A DNA stretch of 64,000 nucleotides, taken from contig QPGO01000119.1 of the NCBI GenBank assembly GCA_008632985.1, forward strand, positions 124,001 to 188,000, read 5' to 3'. The DNA comes from Psammoneis japonica (Eukaryota). This document shows positions 22,807 to 33,713 of the stretch, piece by piece. Numbering within the stretch: position 1 is the first letter of the stretch; each line of letters opens with the position of its first letter. Under the pieces are notes generated by a model, which made no database searches, was not told the DNA's origin, and saw only the letters and a list, made by a program, of their open reading frames with translations. A program made the position numbers and the translations under genes.

Positions 22807-24582
22807 TTAAAAAGTGTAGTAAGGCTTGTAAACGACAATGTCGTTACTCTCGTCTTGGGCTCTGGCCAATACCTCTTGGTTGCATTGAACAAAGGGAGAC
22901 AAGGTTGGCTTCATCCAGCACTCGACATCTTCAAGTCCCAACTCGTTCATGCGACGGAGCCATAAGAAACGCTTGTTGAGCGTGCCTTGGCCCGCGCCCA
23001 CATATTCAGGAGGAAGGGCACCAATTTCAATCAAGAGCGTTTCGTGCTCTTCGTCGTCTTGAAGCGTCGCATCCTTGGAAGCATACCAGTGCTTGCCCTG
23101 TAGTCCAAAGTTGGAGTCTCGTACTTGAAACAACGAGTTGGCTCTGTCAAGGACCAAACCGTGAATGACAATTCCGCGAAGGACGGGTTGAAAGCTCAAC
23201 ATGTCATTTTGGGTAACACTCTGTGCCATTTTGTTTCCCTTCCAACAATTGCACACGTGGTAGACAAGTGCCAAGGCGGTCCTTCGATCTTCGTTGAGTT
23301 CTTCGGCCCACGTTTCGCCATTTTTAAGTGCTCGGGCCCACGCCTCGGCTCGTTTCTCGCGAGACGCAAGACGCTCCGTCCATGAACAAGAAGTATAGCC
23401 TTGTGGTTCACCCTTTGTGACATATTTTTGAAGGTTGGTGACGCACTTTTGAAAGGACGGATCGCGATAGATAATCTCCTGAAACTCGGTCATTCTGGAG
23501 TAGGTCTTGATTTTCATTCTCAACTCTTGATGCTTTTCGAGTGGAATCTCGGCAAATTCGTCGGCACTGTTACTGCTATTGGAGTTGGTTTCTGCACGAG
23601 CAGTAGGGTGCAACTCGTTTTCAACATTGTTCTTGGACAAGAGCTGAGAATGAAAATCGGGAACAGTGTTGGAAACGAGTTGTCCAAGAACAACGTTGGA
23701 AACGAGTTGCACCGCGTCGACGATTTTGTCACACGAATGCGAATCCTGGTGGAGCTGGTTTTCCTCGTCTTGTTGCATGGGCGGTGTATCGTGTAGGCGA
23801 AAACAATTGATGAATTTATCAATCTCCTGGCGAGACTGGTTCTTCAAGAGAGCTTCGACAATCTTATCCCAGTCATTTGGATCTGTGGCCTTGGCGTATC
23901 TAAACGAAACAGGTTGCGTCGACTTGGCCCGAGGACCTGTCACGTGGGTCTTGTCCGGGACAAGTCCCACCGTATTCGCAAACATTAGTTCGCATACACA
24001 CCACAGTCGGCCATACACATCAGTTTTCGCGTTACGAAGAACAACATACTCAGACGCTTCCTTCAGAGCCTTTACAAACGGCGCTTGTTCCAAAGGGACA
24101 TCAAGCAGGTGTTTTATCGATTCCTTGTCTCCTTGCATGATTGCAAAAGAACAGATCCAAAGGTTGGGCCTCTTTGCCTTCGTCCCAAACACTGCCACAA
24201 TCGAACGAACAAAACTTGCAAAGGGCTCGGCCCAAGCGTGGGTGATGAAAGCGTCAATCTTGAGTCCATTAGGATTGTGGACCAAGGCGTATGATCGCTT
24301 CGTACGTTGACATAACGGCGCGATCATTTCATCAACAATGTCATACATGGTTTTGCTTTCGTAGTCGTCGTTTGCAAATTTGGTGGCCGCCTTCCTCTCA
24401 AATTCCATTAGCTCATCGTACGAAATCGCCCACAATGTTGGGTCCTTCTCAGCACTCTCTGTTAGTGGGCCAAAGGTGATTCCCTCTGATAGACCCTCCG
24501 CGTCAGCAGCCTGCGGATGTTCAGTTTCTGCAGCACGAGCCCTATGGTGCATGCCGTTTCCAACCTTGTTCTTGACTGACAT
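22807..24582 (-). CDS. Protein with an N-terminal HET/TIR-like domain and an uncharacterised C-terminal domain
   Basis: Motifs DAFITHAWAEPF, LWICSFAIMQ and GRLWCVCEL resemble the SH/Y.W, LW.D..CI.Q and R.W...E signature of HET-like domains. Stops 15 codons earlier than its paralog (GAA->TAA). Confidence 0.75.
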   Translation of the reverse strand: MSVKNKVGNGMHHRARAAETEHPQAADAEGLSEGITFGPLTESAEKDPTLWAISYDELMEFERKAATKFANDDYESKTMYDIVDEMIAPLCQRTKRSYALVHNPNGLKIDAFITHAWAEPFASFVRSIVAVFGTKAKRPNLWICSFAIMQGDKESIKHLLDVPLEQAPFVKALKEASEYVVLRNAKTDVYGRLWCVCELMFANTVGLVPDKTHVTGPRAKSTQPVSFRYAKATDPNDWDKIVEALLKNQSRQEIDKFINCFRLHDTPPMQQDEENQLHQDSHSCDKIVDAVQLVSNVVLGQLVSNTVPDFHSQLLSKNNVENELHPTARAETNSNSSNSADEFAEIPLEKHQELRMKIKTYSRMTEFQEIIYRDPSFQKCVTNLQKYVTKGEPQGYTSCSWTERLASREKRAEAWARALKNGETWAEELNEDRRTALALVYHVCNCWKGNKMAQSVTQNDMLSFQPVLRGIVIHGLVLDRANSLFQVRDSNFGLQGKHWYASKDATLQDDEEHETLLIEIGALPPEYVGAGQGTLNKRFLWLRRMNELGLEDVECWMKPTLSPFVQCNQEVLARAQDESNDIVVYKPYYTF

Positions 24583-25195
24583 GACGAAAGCACGGCACAA
24601 GGCGAGGGGAACTCTCTCTAGAAGCAGAGACTAGTTCTAGGGTAGAGTAGGAATAGAATAAGTAGCTTTCTCCAGCTCTCTTTTATGATGTCGGAAAGCT
24701 GGGAAGCGACTCAATCTGTCAAATCAATTGGATTTCGCGCGGTAAATTGTAGCGCGGGGGCCGATTGGATCTGCCTCTTGCACGTCGCCTTTGAAGACGC
24801 ACACTCTCTAGAGTAGATGTGATATTCAGATTAACTAGACTCTACTAGAGAGAGCGAGTGGTAGATCCGTTTTCCTTATCTGCTACTGTAGCTCCAACTC
24901 TATTTGAAATTTTTGTGCTCTCCACAGACTCTGGTCGATTCGTTCGATTCGTTCGATTCGTCTCATTCGTGCAACGAGTGTGTCATGACAACTCTACTAC
25001 ACTACAAGCATCCCCTCAAGCACAAATTGAAAACATGGTGCAGTGCATCCTCATCCGGCAAGGAACAGCAAAAACGTCTACTGTACGAAATGGGAAGTGT
25101 GTGTTAAAATCTTAAATGCATGTGCAAACAACAACATGTAATTGGGTGATAGCAAAAAAGAACCATCTCAGCAGCATGTTCAACATCCATCATCT

Positions 25196-26155
25196 TTAAT
25201 CTCTGGGATGCTTGCTCTTTTTTGCCGGAGGCTTGGCGTCTTCCAAAGTGCAGTGAGGCTTGTAAACGACAATGTCGTTACTCTCGTCTTGGGCCCTGGC
25301 CAATACCTCTTGGTTGTATTGAATAAGCGGAGACAAGGTTGGCTTCATCCAGCACTCGACATCCTCAAGTCCCAACTCGTTCATGCGACGGAGCCACAAG
25401 AAACGCTTGTTGAGCGTGCCTTGGCCTGCTCCCGCATATTCAGGAGGAAGGGCGCCAATTTGAATCAAGAGCGTTTCGTGCTCTTCGTCGTCTTGAAGCG
25501 TCGCATCCTTGGAAGCATACCAGTGCTTGCCCTGCAGTCCAAAGTTGGAGTCTCGTACTTGAAACAACGAGTTGGCTCGGTCAAGGACCAAACCGTGAAT
25601 GACAATTCCACGAAGGACGGGTTGAAAGCTCAACATGTCATTATGAGAAACACTCTGTGCCATTTTGTTTCCCTTCCAACAGTTGCACACGTGGTACACA
25701 AGTGCCAAGACGGTCCTTCGATCTTCATTGAGTTTTTCGGCCCACGTTTCGCCATTTTTAAGTGCACGGGCCCACGCTTCGGCTCGTTTCTCGCGAGACA
25801 CGAGACGCTCCGTCCATGAACAAGAAGTATAGTCTTGTGGTTCACCCTTTGTGACATATTTTTGAAGGTTGGAGAGGCACTTTTGAAAGGACGGATCGCG
25901 ATAGATAATCTCCTGAAACTCGGTCATTTTGGAGCAGGTCTTGATTTTCATTCTCAACTCTTGATGCTTTTCGAGTGAAATCTCGGCGAATTCGTCGTCT
26001 GCACTGCTGCTTGCAGCGATGGATCCTGGAGTTTCATCCGGATGCTGCTGTTGTTCGGTTTCTGTACGAGCAGATGGGAAATCGTTTCCAACAAGAGAGC
26101 AGGGATAGTTCTTGATTCCAATGTTGTGTGGCGGCGGCAAGTGATCCGCTGTCAT
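25196..26155 (-). CDS. Tandem paralog of the preceding gene lacking the HET/TIR-like domain
   Basis: Near-identical from ADEFAEI.LEKHQELRMKIK to the end. Shares start-codon context (cacggcacaaggcga), upstream region and downstream region. Confidence 0.75.
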   Translation of the reverse strand: MTADHLPPPHNIGIKNYPCSLVGNDFPSARTETEQQQHPDETPGSIAASSSADDEFAEISLEKHQELRMKIKTCSKMTEFQEIIYRDPSFQKCLSNLQKYVTKGEPQDYTSCSWTERLVSREKRAEAWARALKNGETWAEKLNEDRRTVLALVYHVCNCWKGNKMAQSVSHNDMLSFQPVLRGIVIHGLVLDRANSLFQVRDSNFGLQGKHWYASKDATLQDDEEHETLLIQIGALPPEYAGAGQGTLNKRFLWLRRMNELGLEDVECWMKPTLSPLIQYNQEVLARAQDESNDIVVYKPHCTLEDAKPPAKKSKHPRD

Positions 26156-26586
26156 GATGAAAAACACGGCACAAGGCGATGGGAACGAATAGAAGGATTA
26201 GTAGTAGAGAGTATAAGCAGCTTTCTCCAGCTCTCTCTTTTTGGTTTGTGTCACGATCGGAACATCTTTACCGACTATCGCCTCATCAATCACGGACTTG
26301 TCGCGAAGTCGTCGTGAAAAATTGATTCGTGATTCTGCGAGCGCGCTATTTCGCGCGTTTAATTGTGGCGCGGCGTTGATTCGATCTTCCATCCACGTAG
26401 CTTCTGGTACAATCTTACGTAAAAAGATCCATGACGCGCCACACTTTCTTTTTGTTCGATAACAGAGAGCACAAAGCCGAACCTTGCTTTTGCTTCCCTT
26501 TCTAGAACCAATAACAAACAAACCTTCTGATTGTCGTTTTGTTGTGTGCTGTTTGTAGCAATCACAACCATACTCTAGTATACGGC

Positions 26587-28242
26587 ATGAAACTCTCTTT
26601 AGCATCGCGACTTGTTGTATCGCAAGGTTGCAGTTTCCGTTGTGTTGGTTCCATGTCACGGACTCTTTCAACGACGACGTCAACAGCACACGAAAACAAC
26701 AACAACGTAGATGACTTTGAACCTCATGCTCATCCCATTGTGGTGACAAAGTATTGGAAATACAATTCCGAAACGAAACGACATCAACGTCCGATTTTTG
26801 TTGCAGCCACCAAGCAACATGTTGGTAAAACAACCGTCTCGTTGGCCTTAACGTCGGGATTGCAAAAACGCTTCCCCAAAGTGGGATTCATCAAACCCGT
26901 TGGACAACAGCACGTCAATGTGCATTCCAAGAATTTAGAAAAAGAAATTCGTAAGTTTGTGTAGTGTATGAATAAAAGAGTCTGTGTGTGTATACCTCAG
27001 CGCTTTCGTGTGAAACATATTCGAGTTCTAATCAAAACTAATCTAATTTCTATTCTTCTAACTCTTACACATTCAGGAGTCGACAAGGACGTTTGTTTGG
27101 TACGAGAACGATTTCATTTGGATCATTTGGATTATCAGCACATGAGTCCCGTCATTATTCCACGCGGATACACGAAAAAGTTTGTCAAGGGCGAAATATC
27201 CTATCAACAACAGTTGCACGACATTGAAACGTCCTTTGAACAAATTTCCAATTCCAGCGACGTTGTCTTGATCGAGGGGACCGGGCATTGTGCCGTTGGT
27301 TCGATTGTCAATGTCAACAATGCCAAGGTGGCCAGTATGGTTGGAGCAGACATGGTTTTGGTGGCCAATGGCGGATTGGGATCGGCCTTTGATGAATTGG
27401 AATTGAATCGGGTCTTGTGTCAGCATTACAATGTCCGAGTCGCCGGTGTCGTGCTCAACAAGGTCATGCCTGACAAACTGGAACAAACCAAGGAACACAT
27501 GGCCATGGCACTTCATGATCGGTGGGGTATTCCTCTCTTGGCGTGTATTCCCGATCGACCCTTTTTGGGATGTCCTGCCCTGGCGGATTTGGAACGGCTC
27601 TTTCATTCCAAACTCATGACGGGAAACAAACACTCGTTTCGGCATTACAACATTTCCAACATTAATGTTGTAACCACGTCTCTTAGTCGGTAAGTGTGGC
27701 GTTGATAATATTATTGGTGCTATTGTTCCTTATGATTCTTATAACTTGATGCCTCTCTAATATATTACACCTCACCTCTTTTTCTTCTTTCCTTTTTCAG
27801 TTTCTTGGAAAATCTCCGCGAAAAGCCCAGCCGCACACTGTACATTTGCCACGTGACGCGGGATGACATTATTCTCGGTTTCCTGGGCGAGTATCAACGC
27901 CGCCACAACATGAACGACGAGAATGCTGCCTTTGAGGCTGCGTTGCTCATTTGTGGCCGCAAGGAAAAGTATACCGTCTCGAATGAGCTCATTGATATGA
28001 TTATCGGTAGCAACATTGATGCACCCATCATGGTGTGTGGTGATCCCACCAATGTGGCCGTCCAAAAGATTCATCAATTCACACCCAAACTCAACATTCA
28101 AGACACGAACCGAGTGTCGATTGCCGTGGAACACTATGAACCGTATATTGATTTTGATGAGTTGTTGAGGAGAACGACGAGTCAGGATTCGAGTTTCAAC
28201 GATCCGACCAGTGTCAGTTTTGATGAGTTGAAAAGGTTGTGA
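26587..28242 (+). CDS. BioD-like P-loop plus DRTGG protein (phosphate acetyltransferase N-terminal-like), probably mitochondrial; introns 26951-27076 and 27690-27800
   Basis: IFVAATKQHVGKTTVS, VGFIKPVGQ, VDKD, VLIEGTGH, GGLGSAFDEL, GVVLNKV, HVTRDDIIL. Both GT-AG introns join in phase. Ser/Arg/Thr-rich presequence. No PTA_PTB catalytic domain seen. Confidence 0.9.
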
Positions 28243-28927
28243 AGTAGTGTACATAGTGATATTTTGATTGTAGAAGAGGATTTGAATGATACGGTGTAGT
28301 TTTACTCTAGTTAGAGACTAGAAGTAGCTACCGGTAGAGTTAGTGTAGTGCTCGGGCGCGGAACGGAACTGGTCCTTGCATGCGCCCTGTCCTTCGTCAG
28401 ATGACTTGAGGCTGACGTGTCGACTTACAAGATTACAGCATTATATCCATAGGGGAATACAGTGTACACCATAGTATGTTGTACGTAGGTATGACTATTT
28501 TCTCATAGTGATTTCCGTTCAGATTTTGGGACGCTAATCCCTTTAATACTCCAACGGAAAAATGGCGCGCGTCAGAAACAATTACATAATTGTAAATGGA
28601 TTAAGTCATAATCAGTATCCCGGAAAAAACTTCAAAACGATAGATAGTGATTTATGATACCTACATTTCTTATAATTTATCATTCTAAGTAATGTTTTTT
28701 TAAAATTTTGCCAGCACCTCGTCACTTTCTCAACGTCGATCACGTAGAAACGGTACCAGATAAAGAACACCACTTCGTCGCCTCCTTTTACCGGTACGCA
28801 CGATCCATTTTGAGTTGCACGATATCTTCATTCATCACTCTCTCACCACCAGCAAAAGCCTTGTGTCCCTTAGTTGCAATAACGAGAGGCTCGGTGACAT
28901 TGAAGGTTGAATACGGGACACAACATC

Positions 28928-31533
28928 ATGCCGGATGTCAACAGCTTCGACCAGAGGAGAAAATGGGGCTCTTCGGCTCGTCATCGTGATTCGTCGTCCA
29001 TTAAGAAGTTCACCAACACTCCTCCCACCACTCCTGCTCGAGGTTCTTCGGCTCGTTCCCCTCCAGCCTCTCCCTTTGGTGACCGAGAGAAACATTCACC
29101 TCCACCTTCTCCGGTAGGCAGGCCTGCACCTCATACTCCGTCGGCATCTCCTGCTGGCAATCACAGAGTTTCCTCGCCTCATGGTACCCCCACCAGCACG
29201 ACTCCCACCATGAGCAACAGACTTTCCGCACCCCACCCTCCATCCGAGTCTCCAGCCAGCACTCATCAACGAATGTCTTCTCCTTCTCGTTCGCCTGTTG
29301 CATCTACGGGACGCAGTCTTCTTTCGGCACCCTCCAAGGATGGAAGAAAGTTGAGTGCTCGAGAACGTCTACTGGGAGAACTCTCCATCCCCACATCGAT
29401 TGATTCTCCAGCGGCACTTAGTACTCCTCCTAGACAGGATTTGTTGGAACAGCAAATGCAAGAACAGTGGAAATGTGCTCAGTGCAAGTATCAAAACGCG
29501 GATCCCAATGGCAAAATGTGTGCCCTCTGTGGAAGCCGAAGGACGACCGAAGTCAAAAAGACCAAGAGTAGTAGTCTCATCGCCAGCGACGGATCTGTTG
29601 CATCCGAAGCTTCATCCGAAAAGGGTTACACGTCCGAGTCTTCTGGCAAATCCGAAGGCCTTTCGGTCAAGACAATTCCAACGTCCAACAAGGATGAACA
29701 AGCAAGTGTCAACACAGACTCCATTCTCGGAGGAGGTCAAGACACGCTCGCGACAGAAGATGCCTCGGCGATTCATTGGATGGAATCGGGAGCCTTATCC
29801 ACCACTTCGGTTATTTCAATTCAGAGTGATCGTACCAACACGTCGACGAGCGATAGTTATGCAAGTGTCGATGCCAGTGGCCCCGCCGAGATTGAAGTGT
29901 GGCAAGACAAGGTGGAACCTGGCGTTGTGCCGGTTTCCACCACAACCACCAAGCCCAACAATTATCGTAGTACTACGAACGAGGAAAAGAAAAAGAAGGC
30001 TTCTTCATCTTCGTCTGCCAATGAGCCGTTCTTGTGGTGCTGTTCCAAGCGGGTTGCCATTTTGTCAGCCATTGCCTTACTCATTGCAACGATTTGTTTT
30101 GCCGTTGTGGCAATTCTAGTCGTGCCGGACAGTAATGACTCGGGTAGCGATGGAACGGAAACTATGGGCGGCGGCGGAGGAACGTTTACGGACCCTCCCA
30201 TTGTCAGTCCAGCCACGGATCCTCCCACGGCAAGACTCCTACAGTCGTTCCCCCCACCCAAGTTCTCCCACCCCGAGTCCTCCCACGGAAACCCCTCCAA
30301 CACCGGCAAGTACGCCTACAGCCGGGAGTACGCCTGTGCCTACTGTGGTTGGACCCGAAACAACGTCTCCACCAAGTGATTCGGTCCAATTGGTTCGATT
30401 GGGTGAGAGTGCCATTGATCCCGCCGGATCCAATGTTGGTCCTACGTTTGGTTCTGCCATTGCCATGTCGGACGATGGAAAAACCATTGTGGTGGGTGCA
30501 CCCCGTGCCAAACGGCAGTCTATCGATGACGACGATGACAGCCCGGGTGTCATTCAAGTGCATCGTTTTCTTCAAGGCGCTTGGAGGCAGATTGGTCAAG
30601 ATTTGTTTGGGGTTCGAAAACGAGATCAAATGGGCTTTGCCACGGCCATTTCTCCCGATGGAACAACAATTGCAGTTGGTGCACCGTTCTTTAACGATCC
30701 TCTTGTAGAGGATAATCTCGATGCTGGCCTCGTGATGATTTACAAGTACGATGAGAGGACAATATTTGGAATGTCCTTGGCGCCAATGGGATTGTTGGAA
30801 AACGCGAGATTGAGAGGGTGGGAACGAGATTGGCGATTTCACAAGACGGGACCATTGTTTCGGTTGCGTCCCATGGTTATGTTCAAGTCTTTAAGTACGA
30901 CGAGTCGACTGATGAATGGGCTGAATATGGTCAGCCTCTCGACGAAGGCTCTCGTCAACGACCAAGTTGGGAAACGGCTCTGTCTCTTGACGGCAAGACT
31001 GTTGTTGTGGGAACCCCCCGCGAAGACTTGCCCGGCAGGGCCATTGTGTATGACTACCAAGAAGACGTTGAGGATTGGGTTCCTCGCGGTAGTAACTTGG
31101 CGTCTCTTTTTGATCTTGGGACAATGACGATGCGAGTTTTACTCCGATTGTTTCCCTGTCGGGTGACGGGAATACCGTTGCCGTTCGGTTGCGGACCGAT
31201 GCGGACGTTGAGAAGACAACTATTTTCATCTTTTCGTTCGACGAAGAGGACACGGAGGACTGGGTGTTGCAAGGCGAAGCGATTTTTGAAGACGAGGAAA
31301 ATTTCGACCTTGTCCTCCCAATGACACTCTCGCTTTCTAGAGATGGACGTGCGTTGGCTGCCAATGGATTCGTCGCACCTAAATTGTTTACACTGGACAA
31401 AGAATGGAAAAACATCATTGAGGAATTTGCCGACGATGAAGAAGTTAGTGTCAACTCTGTGTCTTTGTCGGGTGATGGTGGAGTCCTTGCGGTTGGAGAT
31501 GTGGACGTGGGCGACGTTACGGTCTACGAGTGA
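28928..31533 (+). CDS. RanBP2/NZF zinc finger + TM + stalk + FG-GAP-like propeller protein; several frameshifts (~30230, ~30760-30820, ~31120-31170)
   Basis: WKCAQCKYQNADPNGKMCALCG; TM VAILSAIALLIATICFAVVAILVV. Propeller repeats are split over ORFs 30135, 30818 and 31189. Pseudogene or uncorrected indels. Confidence 0.75.
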
Positions 31534-31639
31534 AGTGAGATTCACACCGAGCAATGTGGTGGAGAATGTATGTGGTTGCGTGTTTTCATATCAAGGTTAA
31601 AATTAGTATAATTTCTTGTAGTACATTATTGTCTCTCTG

Positions 31640-32634
31640 CTATTCCGTCAAATAGTTTAGAATAGCATACGCCATTTCCTTCCACGGGTCATAGTCCTTT
31701 GGCCATGTGCCCTTGCTGTTGTTTACATTATCGGTAGGAAGTGTTGACAAAAGATTCAAGTCAAAGTACAACCGTTGTCCTTGCTCTGTGTACAAAAACT
31801 CAACAGAACCTGCGTGGGCATCGGGTAACAGTGGTAAAGCTGTTCTTGTATTTGAGCTACAACCTCATGAGGAACTTTCCATGATTCAAATCGGCTTGTG
31901 GATGGTGTTGCATTTTCCCGGGCAGAAGCAGGCCAACTGCAAACACCACCCACACATGCCGATGTGAACTCTGTAGCCTTCTTGTCAATCCTTCGCACAA
32001 CGCCACATTGTACCTTGCCATGTAAAAACCAAACTCGATAGTTCTCATCATTCTGAGGTCCAACATATTCTTGATATAATGACATTCCATCTTCATAGTC
32101 TGGCTTTTGCTTCAGATCTTCCGCGCGCTCTATTCGCAGCATGCCGTTCCCGAAACCACCTGCATTCGGTTTTATCAAGAGAGGGAAACCAACATCCTTT
32201 GCTACTCGTCTTGAAATTTCATCCTTGTCAGCATCTGCTGTATTTTACGAAAGACAATTCGAGTTTCTGGCGAACATAGTCCGGCTTGTTGAAACAACAC
32301 GTGATGCACCACTTGTTCCACACGTAGCATACGAGGCTGGTCCGTTCCATACCTTGACGTTGCAAGCCATTGCCGAATACAACACGGCCAAGCATGACTT
32401 GTACAATGGAGTAGGGGCTGCATCGGATACGCGGTTTACAAGGCCATACCAATCTTGGTATAACGTGTCTGGACAATTCTCGGCCAGCAACAATTCCAAG
32501 GAGAAAACTTGGATTTGAATTTCTCGATTCTCTGTTTCGTCAAGGACAGAATTCAATGCATTCACCAATCTTGTGATCCATAGTCCATCTCGATGGCGTT
32601 CTAGGGTAAGGATTACGAGAAGCTGTTTGCTCAT
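31640..32634 (-). CDS. ATP-grasp (RimK/glutathione-synthetase-like fold) protein, frameshifted several times
   Basis: LVNRVSDAA, VWNGPASY..NKW.HHVLFQQAGLCSPET, PLLIKPNAGGFGNG, LYQEYV, YRVWFLHGKVQCGV and DAHAGSVEFL..LYFDLNLLSTLP, distributed over three frames. Confidence 0.7.
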
Positions 32635-32764
32635 GTTGTCGCAGTTCTTGGTGCTAACTCAATTAATCGCATCACATTGAACATCCGATCATTGCGGGCG
32701 GGCCAAAAAAGAACGAGGAAGCACAGAAGCCGAAAGAGCATTGCAACTTGCACCGAGGACGAAA

Positions 32765-32892
32765 AGCTAGAGTCAAAAGTAGTTAGACTACTCTCTCTCT
32801 AGTTAGAGAGCTACTCTACTCTAGAGTCGGAGGAGCCCCGACAGCATACAGTAGACTCTCTAGAGTAGAGCGTATCTATTAGCTAGAGTAGT
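32765..32892. repeat. Intergenic TAG/CTA/AGAG micro-palindrome tract
   Basis: gactactctctctctagttagagagctactctactctagagtc..gactctctagagtagag..ttagctagagtag. Confidence 0.8.
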
Positions 32893-33713
32893 TGTTTGAC
32901 AAAGCTCGATCTTCTCCGAAACCCGTAATCATTTCCTTTCTACTGGAATGAAGGCGGAAGTGAAGGTGAAGACCGCGATATCGACCTTCATGCTTTATTC
33001 AATCTCCTTGTCGCCAGCAAGGTCTTCCGCGTCGCATTCGAGGAATGGGGGGGATGGCAAAGTCTTTACGATAATCTGTACGAAGAACTCAAGTGGAAGG
33101 TAAACCAAAGCGGGAATCTGGAATATGCCAAAGGATACAGGGTGGGACCTACAACCTACAACCGTCAGCATGCTCTTTTCGACCAGGAGAGCAAGTGATG
33201 AGTTCGTGATTAGGCTCGGGGACAGAATCACGATCTTGAGACGTCGTTGTGACTATCTAGAGCAAAAGATGCTCAGCCCAACCTTGGCGCCCTTTGATAC
33301 CAAAGATCTGTTGCTAGACCTGCTTGGCTGGGAGTGACGTGTTTTAGGCCGTGCCTCTCTTCGCGTCGAACACTCGTGTTGAGCAAAGCTGAAGGGCTCG
33401 TGACGAATGAGGCCTCAAAATAGTTATCGAGTCTAGCTAAACTGAACAAATACGATCATGTTGTGTTGTTCTCTATGCAATAAAAGACTCTTTATGAATT
33501 ATTAAGTCGATGCCTGATGGAAGGTCTTCTCTCGAATATTCAAATAATATGCATTTTTCTGTTGATAACAAAGGAGCTATGATAAGCGTTGACTCTGCTC
33601 CCGATTTCCTGACATAGACATGTAGATAACCATGAACGTGTTCGTGTAGTATGAAAAGAATCAAATATGAATGTGGGATAGCCACGATATCACCTGTGAG
33701 AGCTGAACCGTGT

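Larger units (their letters stand above)
21950..26390. repeat. Tandem segmental duplication (units ~21950-24780 and ~24788-26390)
   Basis: Matching blocks: 22485-23600 with 24912-26070, 24580-24680 with 26153-26240, and 24730-24775 with 26348-26390. Confidence 0.85.

Noticed and set aside
32940..33340. Short ORFs between the ATP-grasp and ricin genes
   Set aside because: No motif, no consistent splice model, interrupted by stops.
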